The notes: generated by a model not told the origin, from the sequence alone. DNA of 41,686 nt from a candidate division WS6 bacterium GW2011_GWE2_33_157 (GCA_000989675.1 LBOT01000005.1:9289-50974), one strand, 5' to 3'; positions 1 to 10,271 are shown, counted from the first letter of the stretch. Made by a program: numbers and translations.

Positions 1-1448
1 TTCTCACTCCTAGCATCTCCCACTGTTAAAATCCAGTTACCATTGTCATCTGGTATTGCCGTTATATATCCAGAAGAACCTTGAGTACCAAGTTCATCAT
101 TATCAACTATTTTAAAAACTATAACCCAATCGTTTGAATCAGAGGCATTTATTAGAGTTCCAGAGCGAGTCTCAAATGGTGGAGTTGTAGATAGTGTAGC
201 AAATGTTTTAGTTGAATACTTCTGTCCATTATTATCAAACTTACTACTACCTGAGTAGATTTCAAAATAGTAAGTGGTATTTGGACTTAAACGATCTGTT
301 TCAACTACATGTGAAAAGTATGTACCCTTTGTTGCAAGACCATCTCTCACATCCCAAGCCTCTTTATCCAAATTAGTTTTACTTATTCCATATTTTATAT
401 ATCCTTCCTGTTTAGTTGCACTTCTCCATACAACTGTAAAACCTACATCTGTTAAATTTGAAATAAGGACTGTACCTGCACCACTTTCTAAACCAGAAAC
501 AATATCAGCAGAAACCAAATCTGTCCAAGGTATATCACGTTTTACAGAATACGGACCTGTATATGTATTCGTTGGAATTTCTCCATCACCACTATCTGTA
601 GGAGGTGTAACTTCTTCTTCCTCTTGTGGTTCTTCTTCTACTACATCTGGCTCTTTGGGAGGTGTTACTACAGTACTACCTATCCTAGCCTTATCTGGAA
701 AAAATGATATTAATTCATCCATTTCTTCAATTTCTAAAGACATAGTTTGATTTAATTTCCCATTACTATCAAAAAGGGAGGAGTATGCACCTTCTAGTGT
801 AGCACCCCTTGTTGTTCCACTCTTTGCTACGAGTAAGACCTCTGTTTCATCAGTAATCTTAAGCAAAGTTTTATCTTCTATCTTTCTCAAAAGTGATAAA
901 TCAACAATCCAGTTACCTTGATTTGGAATTACTGCCGAGACTGGATATGCTTCTCTGCTTTTTAGCATTGCATATATTATTACATCGTCTCCTGTAACAT
1001 TTTTTATAGTACCGTGGATAGGGTTTGCAACTGGAGAATCTGCTTGTACAGGTGCAGTTGTTACTTCATATCCTGTGCCATTTGCACCAGAGTATTTTTC
1101 TCCATCCGACATTATTACAAAAGAGTATTTTGTATCTGGTTCTAAATTTTTCATTTCTACATAGTGGGTAAAACGGTTACCTTCTCCTCTTTTATCAAAG
1201 ATGGGACTTTGCTCTGTACCGTTTAACATTGGAACTATATATGATTCTGTAGATTTTTCTGTAAACCAAGAAATTGATACTGAGGCTGTTGTTAGATTCG
1301 ACACAACAATATCCTTAGGAGTAGGATCAGAACTAGCCATTGTAATATATTGAATACCCTTGTATACGGCAAAAACTGTTGCTGGAATACCAATCAGTAG
1401 TATTAATACAAGCCTAATCTGTTTCTTTTGATATGGAGTTAAATGCAT
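1..1448 (-). CDS. Membrane-anchored surface protein with repeated FN3 / purple-acid-phosphatase-N-like beta-sandwich domains (C-terminus beyond window start)
   Basis: Absent from the ORF track because it is open to the window edge. My reverse-strand translation from ATG 1446-1448 reads MHLTPYQKKQIRLVLILLIGIPATVFAVYKG (TM anchor), then IVVSNLTTASVSISWFTEKSTESYIV...YSFVIMSDGEKYS. A second unit follows: LISNLTDVGFTVVWRS...TTYYFEIYSGSSKF. An acidic EEPQEEEEV linker separates the units. Confidence 0.7.
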   Translation of the reverse strand, partial: MHLTPYQKKQIRLVLILLIGIPATVFAVYKGIQYITMASSDPTPKDIVVSNLTTASVSISWFTEKSTESYIVPMLNGTEQSPIFDKRGEGNRFTHYVEMKNLEPDTKYSFVIMSDGEKYSGANGTGYEVTTAPVQADSPVANPIHGTIKNVTGDDVIIYAMLKSREAYPVSAVIPNQGNWIVDLSLLRKIEDKTLLKITDETEVLLVAKSGTTRGATLEGAYSSLFDSNGKLNQTMSLEIEEMDELISFFPDKARIGSTVVTPPKEPDVVEEEPQEEEEVTPPTDSGDGEIPTNTYTGPYSVKRDIPWTDLVSADIVSGLESGAGTVLISNLTDVGFTVVWRSATKQEGYIKYGISKTNLDKEAWDVRDGLATKGTYFSHVVETDRLSPNTTYYFEIYSGSSKFDNNGQKYSTKTFATLSTTPPFETRSGTLINASDSNDWVIVFKIVDNDELGTQGSSGYITAIPDDNGNWILTVGDARSE

Positions 1449-1454
1449 CTATTC

Positions 1455-1483
1455 ATAATACCTAGTAAAAAGCTCAATATCAA
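1455..1483 (-). promoter_or_regulatory. Sigma70-like promoter TTGATA-N17-TATTAT, 6 nt upstream of ATG 1448 (leaderless-type arrangement)
   Basis: Minus strand reads cat TTGATA ttgagctttttactagg TATTAT gaatag ATG. The -35 is at 1478-1483 and the -10 at 1455-1460. Confidence 0.5.
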
Positions 1484-1493
1484 TGAAGATACT

Positions 1494-1814
1494 TTACTTC
1501 TTTTTCGAACTAAACCCTTCTAAGAATCCTGAAGTAATACCCATTACAGTTGTAATCTTTCTAAGTGGAACTAATACTGCACTATTTACCTGATATACAG
1601 TACCTTTAACAGTTGTAACTATTTCAGTAACATCTTCTAAAATATCATTTAGTGTATCTATTGTCTCTTCAGCCTCATTAATGAGTTTCCTTCCATCAAC
1701 TACTGCACCTTTAGATTCTCTTAGTAACATCGCTAATTGGTAGAGAACAAAACATACAAATCCTGTAAATACCCCTATTATTATCATCCAATATATACTT
1801 GGTATACTATCCAT
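1494..1814 (-). CDS. Small membrane protein, DUF948-like (N-terminal TM plus coiled-coil)
   Basis: 106-aa ORF. The TM segment is IYWMIIIGVFTGFVCFVLYQLAML, followed by a helical acidic region (INEAEETIDTLNDILEDVTEIVTTV). This layout is typical of DUF948-type proteins, recognised by pattern only. Confidence 0.55.
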   Translation of the reverse strand: MDSIPSIYWMIIIGVFTGFVCFVLYQLAMLLRESKGAVVDGRKLINEAEETIDTLNDILEDVTEIVTTVKGTVYQVNSAVLVPLRKITTVMGITSGFLEGFSSKKK

Positions 1815-1890
1815 CTTTTAATTTTCTAAATTTATTTATTATCAATATACATGATAACCCCTTTATATTACTCTAATATATCAAGTTTAA

Positions 1891-1899
1891 TGATATAAT
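1891..1899 (+). promoter_or_regulatory. Extended -10 element TGATATAAT, 5 nt upstream of rsmE ATG
   Basis: Sequence tgatataat taaag ATG (ATG at 1905). No convincing -35 and no Shine-Dalgarno. Confidence 0.4.
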
Positions 1900-1904
1900 T
1901 AAAG

Positions 1905-2633
1905 ATGAATACGTTCTATATAAAACATAAAGTAAGTGAACAAGATATTGTACACCTATCAGATTCTGATAGTGAGTTTGTAATTAGAGAGTTAAAACTT
2001 GATATAGAGGATATTGTACAAATTGAAACATATGAGGCATTCTTTCTCGCAATGATTACAGATATAGAGGGTAATTCAGTAGAGATAGAAATAAGAGAGA
2101 AAGTTAAGGATAAAGAGAATATACAAGGAGTAGGTATTACATTAATACAATCTCTAGTAAATAGATCAAAATTTAATTACTTTTTAGAAAAATCTGTGGA
2201 GATAGGTGTAGACAGAATAATACCAATAGAGTCACAATATTCACTTCTTAATAAGAATAAAGCTTTAAAAGAATATGGTCTATGGCAAAAGATAGTAAAA
2301 GATGCAACAGAACAATCTAGAAATATTAAACCAACAAGTATTGAAAAACCAATTAAGATAGATGAGTTAAGGGTAGAAGAAAGAGAGAACAAAATTTGCC
2401 TTGCTACTGAGAATGTAAAAAGTACGACTCTCAAAGAGTATATGAAAGTGGCTAATATAAATAAATCTTTTACAGTAGCAATAGGCCCTGAGAAGGGTTG
2501 GAGTAGTGATGATATAAAGAGTTTTAAGAAACTAGGTTTTAGTTTTATAAAATTAAATGGAAATATTCTTAGAACTGAAAGTTCGGGATTGGTAATAACA
2601 AGTATAATTAAATATCTAAAAGGAGAAATATAA
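1905..2633 (+). CDS. rsmE: 16S rRNA (uracil1498-N3)-methyltransferase RsmE
   Basis: 242 aa. It has an N-terminal PUA-like region, then ITLIQSLVNRSKFNYFLEKSVEIGVDRIIPI, and a C-terminal SPOUT knot (VAIGPEKGWSSDDI...LNGNILRTESSGLV). Confidence 0.85.
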   Translation: MNTFYIKHKVSEQDIVHLSDSDSEFVIRELKLDIEDIVQIETYEAFFLAMITDIEGNSVEIEIREKVKDKENIQGVGITLIQSLVNRSKFNYFLEKSVEIGVDRIIPIESQYSLLNKNKALKEYGLWQKIVKDATEQSRNIKPTSIEKPIKIDELRVEERENKICLATENVKSTTLKEYMKVANINKSFTVAIGPEKGWSSDDIKSFKKLGFSFIKLNGNILRTESSGLVITSIIKYLKGEI

Positions 2634-3661
2634 TGAGAGGTAAAGGAAAAAGAAGTAATTATAAAAAATCTAGAGAGTCTTCTTTTAATAAACAACCAGG
2701 ACGATTTATTACAAAGGAAGATATCTTTATATCAAGGATAGCTAGTATATTAAATGTCCATAAGGCAGAGGTAATACCTTTGTTCAGCCAGAGAGCTAGA
2801 ACCACTATTCGTTTAAATACACTTAAAGCAAAACCTCAAGATACATATAGAAGTCTTAAATCCAGAGGATATGAGTTAGAGATTATACCTTGGGCTCCAA
2901 ATACATATTTCGTAAATAACAGAGATAAGGCAGAGATATCTCAAATTGAAGAGTACAGAAGAGGAGCATTTTATATACAAGATTTATCAAGTATTCTTGC
3001 AACCGTTATATTAGATCCAAAACAGAATCAAAAGATACTTGATATGTGTTCTGCTCCTGGTAGTAAAACTACACATATTGCAGATCTAACAAAAAACAGA
3101 TCCACTATTCTAGCAAATGATGTTGAAGTTAGTAGAACTAACTCATTAAAGAACGTAATTGAACAGTTTGGTGCTACTAGTGCAAAGATTACATTAAGTG
3201 ATGCTAGAGAATTTGGAAAGAGATATCCTGATTACTTTGACAGAGTACTTTTAGATGCTCCCTGTAGTGGAGAAGGAAGAATATATATGAAAGGAGATAA
3301 GCCTTTAAGATTTTGGAGTATAAAGAAAGTTAATGGATCATCTACATTACAAAAGGAGTTAATAGTGTCTGCATTTAGAACATTAAAAACGGGTGGTACA
3401 TTAATATATTCAACATGTACTTTAGAACCTGAAGAAAATGAAGCCGTAGTTTCATACCTTTTAGAAAGACACAAGAATGCAAAAATAGAGCCTATTGATT
3501 TAGTTCAAAGTAAAGAATTCAGTCAATACAGAAATCATATTACAAATGGAATAATACATTGGAGTGGAAAGGATTATAACAAAGAGGTTAGAAAGAGTGT
3601 TAGAGTACTTCCATCTTCTGAAATGATGGGCTTTTATATTGCAAAGATAGTAAAAAAATAG
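2633..3661 (+). CDS. rRNA cytosine-C5 methyltransferase, NOL1/NOP2/Sun (RsmB/RsmF) family, short form without NusB-like domain
   Basis: Motifs FYIQDLSS, DMCSAPGSKTTHIA, DAPCSGEGRI and YSTCTLEPEENEAVV. The start overlaps the rsmE stop (TAATG). Confidence 0.85.
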   Translation: MRGKGKRSNYKKSRESSFNKQPGRFITKEDIFISRIASILNVHKAEVIPLFSQRARTTIRLNTLKAKPQDTYRSLKSRGYELEIIPWAPNTYFVNNRDKAEISQIEEYRRGAFYIQDLSSILATVILDPKQNQKILDMCSAPGSKTTHIADLTKNRSTILANDVEVSRTNSLKNVIEQFGATSAKITLSDAREFGKRYPDYFDRVLLDAPCSGEGRIYMKGDKPLRFWSIKKVNGSSTLQKELIVSAFRTLKTGGTLIYSTCTLEPEENEAVVSYLLERHKNAKIEPIDLVQSKEFSQYRNHITNGIIHWSGKDYNKEVRKSVRVLPSSEMMGFYIAKIVKK

Positions 3662-3674
3662 GGGTGTTACCCCC
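3651..3674. terminator. Bidirectional hairpin terminator between convergent methyltransferase gene and pnp
   Basis: GGGGT-gtt-ACCCC hairpin at 3661-3673. On the minus strand it is followed by UAUUUUUUUA (complement of 3651-3660). On the plus strand it is followed by cuauuuaauu. Confidence 0.5.
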
Positions 3675-3685
3675 TATTTAATTCC

Positions 3686-5791
3686 CTATTCAGTTTCAGC
3701 TTTAGGTTCTGTTTTAGTATTAACTTGTTTAATACTTAACTTTAACTTTCCATCCCTATCCTTAGCAATCAATTTTACCTTGATAGTATCACCCTCTTTT
3801 AGATATTTTCTAACATCTTTTACAAATTCATCTGTAATTTCAGAAACGTGTACTAAGCCAGAGATTCCTGGAGCTATATCTACAAATGCACCATACTCCA
3901 TAATTGAAGCTACTTTACCATCATATATTTCACCAACAACAGGAACCATTCCTAGCATTTTTACATAGCTTAATGCCTTATCTATTGACTCTTGATCCAT
4001 TGCATAAATATTAACCATACCGTTTTCTTCAACTGCAATTTCTGCCCCTGTTCTTTCTGTTAATTCTCTAATATTCTTTCCTCCTGGTCCTATTAATTCT
4101 CCAATCTTTTCTACTGGTATTTCAGCTCTTGCAACCTTAGGAGCAAACTTTGATAACTGTCCTCTGGATTCTTTAAGAGCTTCCTCCATCTTTTCAATTA
4201 CCTTTAGTCTTGCTACTTTTGATTTTGCGAATGTCTCTTTAACTATCTCTATAGTTAAACCTGACATCTTGTTATCCATTTGTACTGCTGTAATACCATC
4301 TTTAGTACCAGTTACTTTGAAGTCCATATCACCGTAGAAATCTTCAACACCTTGCATATCTGTAAGGATATTAAACCCTCCCTTATCATCTGTAACTAAA
4401 CCACATGCTATTCCACCAACCATCTTTCTAATTGGTACACCTGCTGCCATTAAAGCAAGAGTTGAACCACATGCTGATGCCATTGAACTTGAACCATTTT
4501 CACCTTGTACCTCTGACATAACAAGTATTGTATATGGGAATTCATCTACCGAAGGAATGACTGGTATTAATGCTTTCTCTGCTAACATACCATGCCCTAT
4601 TGCTCTCCTACTTGGAGATAGTCTTAATCTCTCTGCCTCTCCATATGCAAATGGTAAATCGTTGTAGTAATGCATATATCTTTTCTCTTTCTCACCTAAC
4701 ATATCATCAATCAATTTCGCATCTTTAAGTGTTCCTAAAGTTGCAATTGAAAGTACTTGAGTTACTCCTCTAGTAAAAAGTGCCGAACCGTGTACTCTAG
4801 GTAATAGGTCTACCTCTACAGCCATTTCTCTAACTTCATCTAATCCTCGACCATCTACTCTCTTCTTACTTTCGATTACATACTTTCTCATAGCTTTCTT
4901 TAGAAGTTTCTCATATGCTTCACTCATTTGAACTTTAGAATATTTACCTTCAAACTTTTTAAACATCTCTTCTTTGGTTTCTTCATGTTTCTGTTTCTCA
5001 CCAACTAAGAGGTTCTCTATAGACTTATCTCCTAAGAATGTTGAGAGTTCATCTAACATTGTTTGATCTAATTTGAATGATGTATATATCTTTTCTTTCT
5101 TCTCAAGAAGCTTCATAAAGGAATTTTGTATATCTACCCATTTGTTCATTTCTGATAACCCAACTTCCATAGCCTTAAGTACATCACCTTCAGGAATTTC
5201 ATAACAACCTGCATCTATCATTGTAAACACCTTTCCATCACCACCTAATACATAGTTCATCTTATTCCTCTCATCTACATCTTCTAAACTTCTGTATATT
5301 GGTTTGATGCTTTCACCTTCCATACCAATTCTTACACCAGCTACTGGTCCATCAAATGGAGCTTTCGAGTTCATTAGAGCTACTGATGCTGCATTAATTG
5401 CAAGAATTACAGGATCATTTTCCTCATCATATGACATTACTGTAACAATCAGACTTAAATCATCCCTATAGTCATCAGGGAATCTTGATCGAAGTGCTCT
5501 ATCTATCATTCTAGCCTTTAGTACTGCATCATCACTTGGAAATCTCTCAACTTTAACAAACCTAGATCCACTTATCTTACCTGAAGCATAGAATCTCTCT
5601 ACATACTCAACTGCTAATGGGAAAAAGTCATTTTCCTGCTTTGCTTTCGCAGTATTAACATTAACTTCAACAACAGTATCACCCATTCGTGCAAGAATTG
5701 CACTTTCTGATCGTAGAGCTAACTTTCCTGTTTCAAAAGAACATTTTCTACCATCAATCTCAAATTCATAAATTTTATGATTAAACAACAT
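3686..5791 (-). CDS. pnp: Polyribonucleotide nucleotidyltransferase (PNPase)
   Basis: 701 aa with two RNase PH domains, then KH (IGPGGKNIRELTERTGAEI) and S1 (GKVASIMEYGAFVDIAPGISGLVHVSEI) domains. Confidence 0.95.
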   Translation of the reverse strand: MLFNHKIYEFEIDGRKCSFETGKLALRSESAILARMGDTVVEVNVNTAKAKQENDFFPLAVEYVERFYASGKISGSRFVKVERFPSDDAVLKARMIDRALRSRFPDDYRDDLSLIVTVMSYDEENDPVILAINAASVALMNSKAPFDGPVAGVRIGMEGESIKPIYRSLEDVDERNKMNYVLGGDGKVFTMIDAGCYEIPEGDVLKAMEVGLSEMNKWVDIQNSFMKLLEKKEKIYTSFKLDQTMLDELSTFLGDKSIENLLVGEKQKHEETKEEMFKKFEGKYSKVQMSEAYEKLLKKAMRKYVIESKKRVDGRGLDEVREMAVEVDLLPRVHGSALFTRGVTQVLSIATLGTLKDAKLIDDMLGEKEKRYMHYYNDLPFAYGEAERLRLSPSRRAIGHGMLAEKALIPVIPSVDEFPYTILVMSEVQGENGSSSMASACGSTLALMAAGVPIRKMVGGIACGLVTDDKGGFNILTDMQGVEDFYGDMDFKVTGTKDGITAVQMDNKMSGLTIEIVKETFAKSKVARLKVIEKMEEALKESRGQLSKFAPKVARAEIPVEKIGELIGPGGKNIRELTERTGAEIAVEENGMVNIYAMDQESIDKALSYVKMLGMVPVVGEIYDGKVASIMEYGAFVDIAPGISGLVHVSEITDEFVKDVRKYLKEGDTIKVKLIAKDRDGKLKLSIKQVNTKTEPKAETE

Positions 5792-5870
5792 AACGTAATA
5801 AAAAAAATATTAAATATCAAAAATCAACTAATCGCATAGTAGTTATATCAAGAGAAAGGAGAAAAGGAAA

Positions 5871-5886
5871 GGCTCGTTAAAGAGCC
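5871..5886 (-). terminator. Hairpin after rpsO / in pnp leader
   Basis: Minus-strand RNA GGCUC-UUUAAC-GAGCC followed by the pyrimidine-rich UUUCCUUUUCUCCUUUCUC. The stem is short (5 bp), so this may be an attenuator or processing site rather than a full terminator. Confidence 0.3.
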
Positions 5887-5891
5887 AATCA

Positions 5892-6155
5892 TTAAATCTT
5901 TATTTTCTTAGAAAAAGCATTATATCTTTCAGACTCATTTTCCTGAAGATATTGTAAAAGCCTACGTCTTTTTCCAACCTTTTGTAATAAACCTCTTCTA
6001 GAGTGGCTATCCTTCTTATGATCCTTTAAATGCTCACTTAATCTTTCAATCTCTTCTGTAAGTATAGCAACTTGAACCTCTGGAGAACCTGTATCACCCT
6101 CGTGAAGGGCAAACATGTTTATTATATTCTGTTTTTCATCTTTAGATAGTGCCAT
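5892..6155 (-). CDS. rpsO: 30S ribosomal protein S15
   Basis: 87 aa with [51 protein letters not shown]. Confidence 0.95.
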   Translation of the reverse strand: MALSKDEKQNIINMFALHEGDTGSPEVQVAILTEEIERLSEHLKDHKKDSHSRRGLLQKVGKRRRLLQYLQENESERYNAFSKKIKI

Positions 6156-6214
6156 ATATTCTAGGTTATCATCATATATCTAATTTTACAATACCAAATA
6201 CAAACACAAAGCCT

Positions 6215-6243
6215 ATTGTATATCCTTATAGGATTTATGTCAA
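6215..6243 (-). promoter_or_regulatory. Sigma70-like promoter TTGACA-N17-TACAAT for rpsO (about 50-nt leader)
   Basis: Minus strand reads ag TTGACA taaatcctataaggata TACAAT agg. The -35 is at 6238-6243 and the -10 at 6215-6220. Confidence 0.55.
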
Positions 6244-6250
6244 ACTTTTA

Positions 6251-7819
6251 TTAACGAGAAACTTTGTAACAATACAATTCGTCACCCTCGTTAGCATCAA
6301 CTTCTATGCTCATTATAACTCCACACTCTTCTCCTTGCTTTGCTTCGTTTACCGTATCTTTATTTTTTCTAATTGACTTTATTCTTCCCTCTGCAAGTAT
6401 TTCATCATTCCTTACCAAGTAACATTTTGCATCTCTCTTCAAAATACCCTCTTTTACTCTTGAACCTAAAACTTTAGAGCCATCAGAAAGGGTAAACATC
6501 ATTTTAATAATTGCATTTCCTATCTCTTCTTCCTGCTCTTTAGGTGTTGAAAGCATATCTAGTGCACCTTCTACTTCTTCTATTAATTTATAGATTATAG
6601 AGTATGTTCTTACTAATACACCATTCTTTCTTGCTACATCTTCTATGTTTTTATCAATACCTACTTCAAATCCTAAAATGATTGCTTTTGATAATTTGGA
6701 CATATCAACATCCTTGATAGTGATATCTCCAACACCATCAGAAACAATATTTACAGAGAACTCCTCTTTCTTTAATTTTCCTAATGAATGTCTCAATGCT
6801 TCCAAAGAACCTTGAGACGAGCTTTTTATTATTACATTGAGATATTTTCCATCACTTTCTTTTTTCTCATTAAACATAGTACCAAAAAAATCGTCATCCG
6901 CAAGAGCAACTTCTTCGACACTTTCTTCCTTTTTGTATAAAGAATTAAGCAATTTAGAATCATTATCTTCAAGAATGTATACCTCAGACCCAAGTGGTAT
7001 TAATTCAGAGATACCTATTACTTTACCACCACAACCGTTATGTAAATCACAAATATTCTCACCTTCTTCTGAGATAATCCCTTTCACCTTCTCAATACTT
7101 ATCTTCCCCTCTTTTTTGTAACCTAACCATGTGCCCTTACATAAATCACCGCTTGTAAGTACTAATGTAGAAACATTTCCTTTCGATTGATCTTTAATAG
7201 ATTCTAAAACTAAAGCTTTAGCAGCAACCCCCTCAGGAAGCTCCTCTCTGTTTTGTAAACCTTCTACATCTACAACTAGATTTATTAAATCTAGTAATTC
7301 ATTCATACCTTTTCCTGTTTTAGCAGAAACTTGTATTACTGGAATAGTACCACCCATTCCTTCTAAAAGTAGACCGTTATTAACAATATCTCTTTTTATC
7401 TTTGCAATATCTATATCTGGTAAATCACTTTTACTTATTACTACAATTGGTTTTACGGTTGAATTCTTTATTATTTCAATAGATTCAATAGTTTGAGGTT
7501 TAACACCATCATTTGCAGCAACAACGAGTAAAACAATATCAGCAACAGCTCCACCCCTACTTCTCATTAAATCAAATGCTTCATGTCCTGGAGTATCAAT
7601 AAAGGTAATCTGCTTTGAAGTATCTCCCGATGGAGATACAGTAAAAATAGAGATCTTTTGAGTAATACCACCAGCTTCGCAACTTTGAACATTACTCTTT
7701 CTAATGTAATCTAGGATTGTTGTTTTACCATGGTCAACATGACCCAAGATTGCCACAATGGGAACTCGACTTTTGACATCCATATTTTTCTTGTTAGCAT
7801 CCTTAGCCATATATACCAA
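6251..7819 (-). CDS. infB: Translation initiation factor IF-2, short form (G domain starts about residue 20)
   Basis: 522 aa with VAILGHVDHGKTTILD, DTPGHEAF and the C-terminal IF-2 domains. No N-terminal extension. An alternative ATG lies 9 nt downstream. Confidence 0.9.
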   Translation of the reverse strand: MVYMAKDANKKNMDVKSRVPIVAILGHVDHGKTTILDYIRKSNVQSCEAGGITQKISIFTVSPSGDTSKQITFIDTPGHEAFDLMRSRGGAVADIVLLVVAANDGVKPQTIESIEIIKNSTVKPIVVISKSDLPDIDIAKIKRDIVNNGLLLEGMGGTIPVIQVSAKTGKGMNELLDLINLVVDVEGLQNREELPEGVAAKALVLESIKDQSKGNVSTLVLTSGDLCKGTWLGYKKEGKISIEKVKGIISEEGENICDLHNGCGGKVIGISELIPLGSEVYILEDNDSKLLNSLYKKEESVEEVALADDDFFGTMFNEKKESDGKYLNVIIKSSSQGSLEALRHSLGKLKKEEFSVNIVSDGVGDITIKDVDMSKLSKAIILGFEVGIDKNIEDVARKNGVLVRTYSIIYKLIEEVEGALDMLSTPKEQEEEIGNAIIKMMFTLSDGSKVLGSRVKEGILKRDAKCYLVRNDEILAEGRIKSIRKNKDTVNEAKQGEECGVIMSIEVDANEGDELYCYKVSR

Positions 7820-7831
7820 TTGTAAAATATC

Positions 7832-9052
7832 TTAACTTTTAGTTTCATCTCCGTTATTAGAAACTACATCTTCTTCTGTACTATCCGCATACTCTTCCAC
7901 TTCATCTTTCTTTGTTTCTTCTACTTTCTCTACCTTTTCCTCTTCGACTTCCTTTACCTCTTTTGCTTCCTCTTTTTCCTCAACCTTCTCTGTTTCTTCT
8001 ACCTCTGCTCCAACAATATCAATTTTAACACCTGTTAATTTCCAAGCTAATCTAACATTCTGTCCATCTTTACCAATAGCTAGTGAAAGTTGGTCTGATG
8101 GAGATACAACAGTTGCTGTATCACCAGAAATATCTACTGAATCAACTTTAGCAGGGCTGAGTGCATTTGCTACAAATCTATCTAAATTCTCATCCCACTC
8201 TATTATATCAATTTTTTCTTCACCAAGTTCATTCATTACATTTGCAATACGAATACCTCTTTGACCAACACATGCACCAATTGGATCAATACCATCTTGA
8301 TGTGATGTTACAGCTATCTTACTTCTTGAGCCTGCTTCTCTAGCAACCTCTTTAATTTCAACGACACCAGACTCTATCTCTGGTACTTCTAATTTAAAAA
8401 GCTCTATTAAAAACTTAGGATCTGCTCTTGATACTAATATCTGTGAGTCTTCAATACTTTTAAGCAATACCTTATATCTTTCCCCAACTCTATAGAATTC
8501 ATTTGAAACCTGTTCCTCTTGTGGCATAAATGCTGTAGCTTTACCAATTTCCATTACTGCACCTCCCTTTTGCATCCTCTGCATTAAAGCAGTATATACT
8601 TCACCAACCTTATCACTAAATTCACTAATAACTGCATCTTTTTCAGATTCTCTAATCTCTTGTAAAAGAACCTGCTTTGCAGTCTGAGTAGCAATTCTTC
8701 CTAAATCATCAGAAGGCATTTCAATTTGAACACTATCACCAACTTCAACATTTGGAGATATTAATTCTGCTTCACTTAAAGCTATTTCAACTTCCTTGTC
8801 TTCAACCTTTTTAACAACAACCTTTACTGCAAAAAGTTTAAACTCTCCAGTTTCCCTATCTACTTCTACAAATAGGTTACTACCCAATTTCTCTTCTGTT
8901 TCCCAATCTGTTCTTTCAATTTTCCCATACTTCTCTTTCTTTACAGCACTTAAAATAGCTGCCTCTAAAGCCTTAAATACATTCTCTTTATCTATTCCTC
9001 TCTCTGCTGCAATCTGATTTATTGCCGCTACCAATTCTGATGTTACTGCCAT
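7832..9052 (-). CDS. nusA: Transcription termination/antitermination factor NusA with acidic E/K-rich C-terminal tail
   Basis: 406 aa with an N-terminal domain, an S1 domain and two KH domains (GACVGQRGIRIANVMNELGEEKIDII; AIGKDGQNVRLAWKLTGVKIDI). Confidence 0.92.
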   Translation of the reverse strand: MAVTSELVAAINQIAAERGIDKENVFKALEAAILSAVKKEKYGKIERTDWETEEKLGSNLFVEVDRETGEFKLFAVKVVVKKVEDKEVEIALSEAELISPNVEVGDSVQIEMPSDDLGRIATQTAKQVLLQEIRESEKDAVISEFSDKVGEVYTALMQRMQKGGAVMEIGKATAFMPQEEQVSNEFYRVGERYKVLLKSIEDSQILVSRADPKFLIELFKLEVPEIESGVVEIKEVAREAGSRSKIAVTSHQDGIDPIGACVGQRGIRIANVMNELGEEKIDIIEWDENLDRFVANALSPAKVDSVDISGDTATVVSPSDQLSLAIGKDGQNVRLAWKLTGVKIDIVGAEVEETEKVEEKEEAKEVKEVEEEKVEKVEETKKDEVEEYADSTEEDVVSNNGDETKS

Positions 9053-9092
9053 GATTAATACTCATTAAAAAATTTATAATATTGTACATACT

Positions 9093-9120
9093 AAAAAAAA
9101 GGCGAGACCATAGCCTCACC
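9093..9120 (-). terminator. Rho-independent terminator downstream of dnaJ
   Basis: Minus-strand RNA GGUGAGGC-UAUG-GUCUCGCC forms an 8-bp stem (including 2 G-U pairs) followed by U8. Confidence 0.65.
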
Positions 9121-9178
9121 CTCTCTTAATATAACTTTCCAATGGTAATGATAGCAGAATAGTGGGTATATGTAAACC

Positions 9179-10264
9179 TTAGACAGCACTTAGTTTCTCC
9201 CAAAGTTCCTTTTCCTCCCTATTTAGTTTTGATGGAATCTCAACATCTATACGTACATACAAATCCCCTCTTGATCCCTCCCTATTAAGTATTGGTGAAC
9301 CCTCACCTCTAATCTTAAATATTGTTCCTGATTGTGTACCTTTTGGAATTTTAAGTTTTACCTCACCTTTAATTGTTTCAACCTCAACACTTCCACCAAG
9401 TACTGCTAAATGAACTGGAATACTTTCAACTGAATACAAATCGTTTCCTCTTCTATCAAACTTACCAGAAGGTTCTACTTCAATCTCTACATACAAATCT
9501 CCAAATCCACTACCTGCAGTACCAGCATTACCTCCATCTCTAAATCTTAAAACCATACCATCATATGCCCCTGCTGGGATTCTAATCTTTACTTCTTGTG
9601 ATTTTGATTCTAAACCAGTACCACTACAAACAGTACATACTTTTTCTGGAATAGTTCCAATTCCTCTACATTTTGAACACTGTGCCATTACTGCAATCTG
9701 TCCTAAAAAACTATTCTGAACTCTTCTTTCTCTTCCAGTTCCATTACAAACATCACACGTTTTCCTTTTACCATTCTCACTACCACTACCCTCACACTTT
9801 GAACATCTAACATTCTTTTTCATTCGCATACTGTACTCACCACCCTTCATTGCTTCCTCAAATGTAACCTTCATTCTGTATCTTAAATCCTCTCCACCAA
9901 CTTCTCTTGCTGATTGATTCTGGTTAAAACCAAAATCAAATCCAAAATTATTGTTACCACCAAAAAAGGTACTGAAAATATCACCCATATCAAATGGAGC
10001 TCCACCATACTCATATCCTCCATTACCACCAGGATTAAAACCCTGAGTACCTGCGTGTCCATACTGATCATATGCGTGTCTTTTAGATTCATCTGAAAGC
10101 ACTTCATATGCTTCCTGAACTTCTTTAAATTTCCCTTCTGCACCATCTTCTTTATTAACATCAGGGTGGAATTTTTTAACCAATTTACGGTATGCTTTCT
10201 TTATATCTTCTTTTTTTGCATCCTTGGCAACACCAAGAATTTCATAGTAATCTTTTTTGTCCAT
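9179..10264 (-). CDS. dnaJ: Molecular chaperone DnaJ
   Basis: J domain DYYEILGV...HPD, a G/F-rich region, and four CxxCxGxG zinc motifs ([32 protein letters not shown]). I place the start at [12 protein letters not shown] (ATG 10262-10264), supported by a promoter 7 nt upstream. The ORF-track extension to 10369 is rejected. Confidence 0.9.
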   Translation of the reverse strand: MDKKDYYEILGVAKDAKKEDIKKAYRKLVKKFHPDVNKEDGAEGKFKEVQEAYEVLSDESKRHAYDQYGHAGTQGFNPGGNGGYEYGGAPFDMGDIFSTFFGGNNNFGFDFGFNQNQSAREVGGEDLRYRMKVTFEEAMKGGEYSMRMKKNVRCSKCEGSGSENGKRKTCDVCNGTGRERRVQNSFLGQIAVMAQCSKCRGIGTIPEKVCTVCSGTGLESKSQEVKIRIPAGAYDGMVLRFRDGGNAGTAGSGFGDLYVEIEVEPSGKFDRRGNDLYSVESIPVHLAVLGGSVEVETIKGEVKLKIPKGTQSGTIFKIRGEGSPILNREGSRGDLYVRIDVEIPSKLNREEKELWEKLSAV

Positions 10265-10271
10265 GAAGATA

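Noticed and set aside
274-750. 158-aa plus-strand ORF (MVFGLKRSVSTTCEKY...)
   Set aside because: It is a low-complexity S/T/G-rich shadow ORF, antisense to the clearly FN3-encoding minus-strand gene that spans 1-1448.
2177-2695. 172-aa minus-strand ORF antisense to rsmE. Similar long antisense ORFs occur at 10780-11271, 12484-12846, 13624-14067, 16836-17447, 20502-20912, 27202-27609, 29767-30108, 34818-35186 and 35905-36255.
   Set aside because: All lie opposite genes with strong family signatures. They have hydrophobic or low-complexity composition, which is typical of shadow frames in AT-rich, purine-skewed coding DNA.
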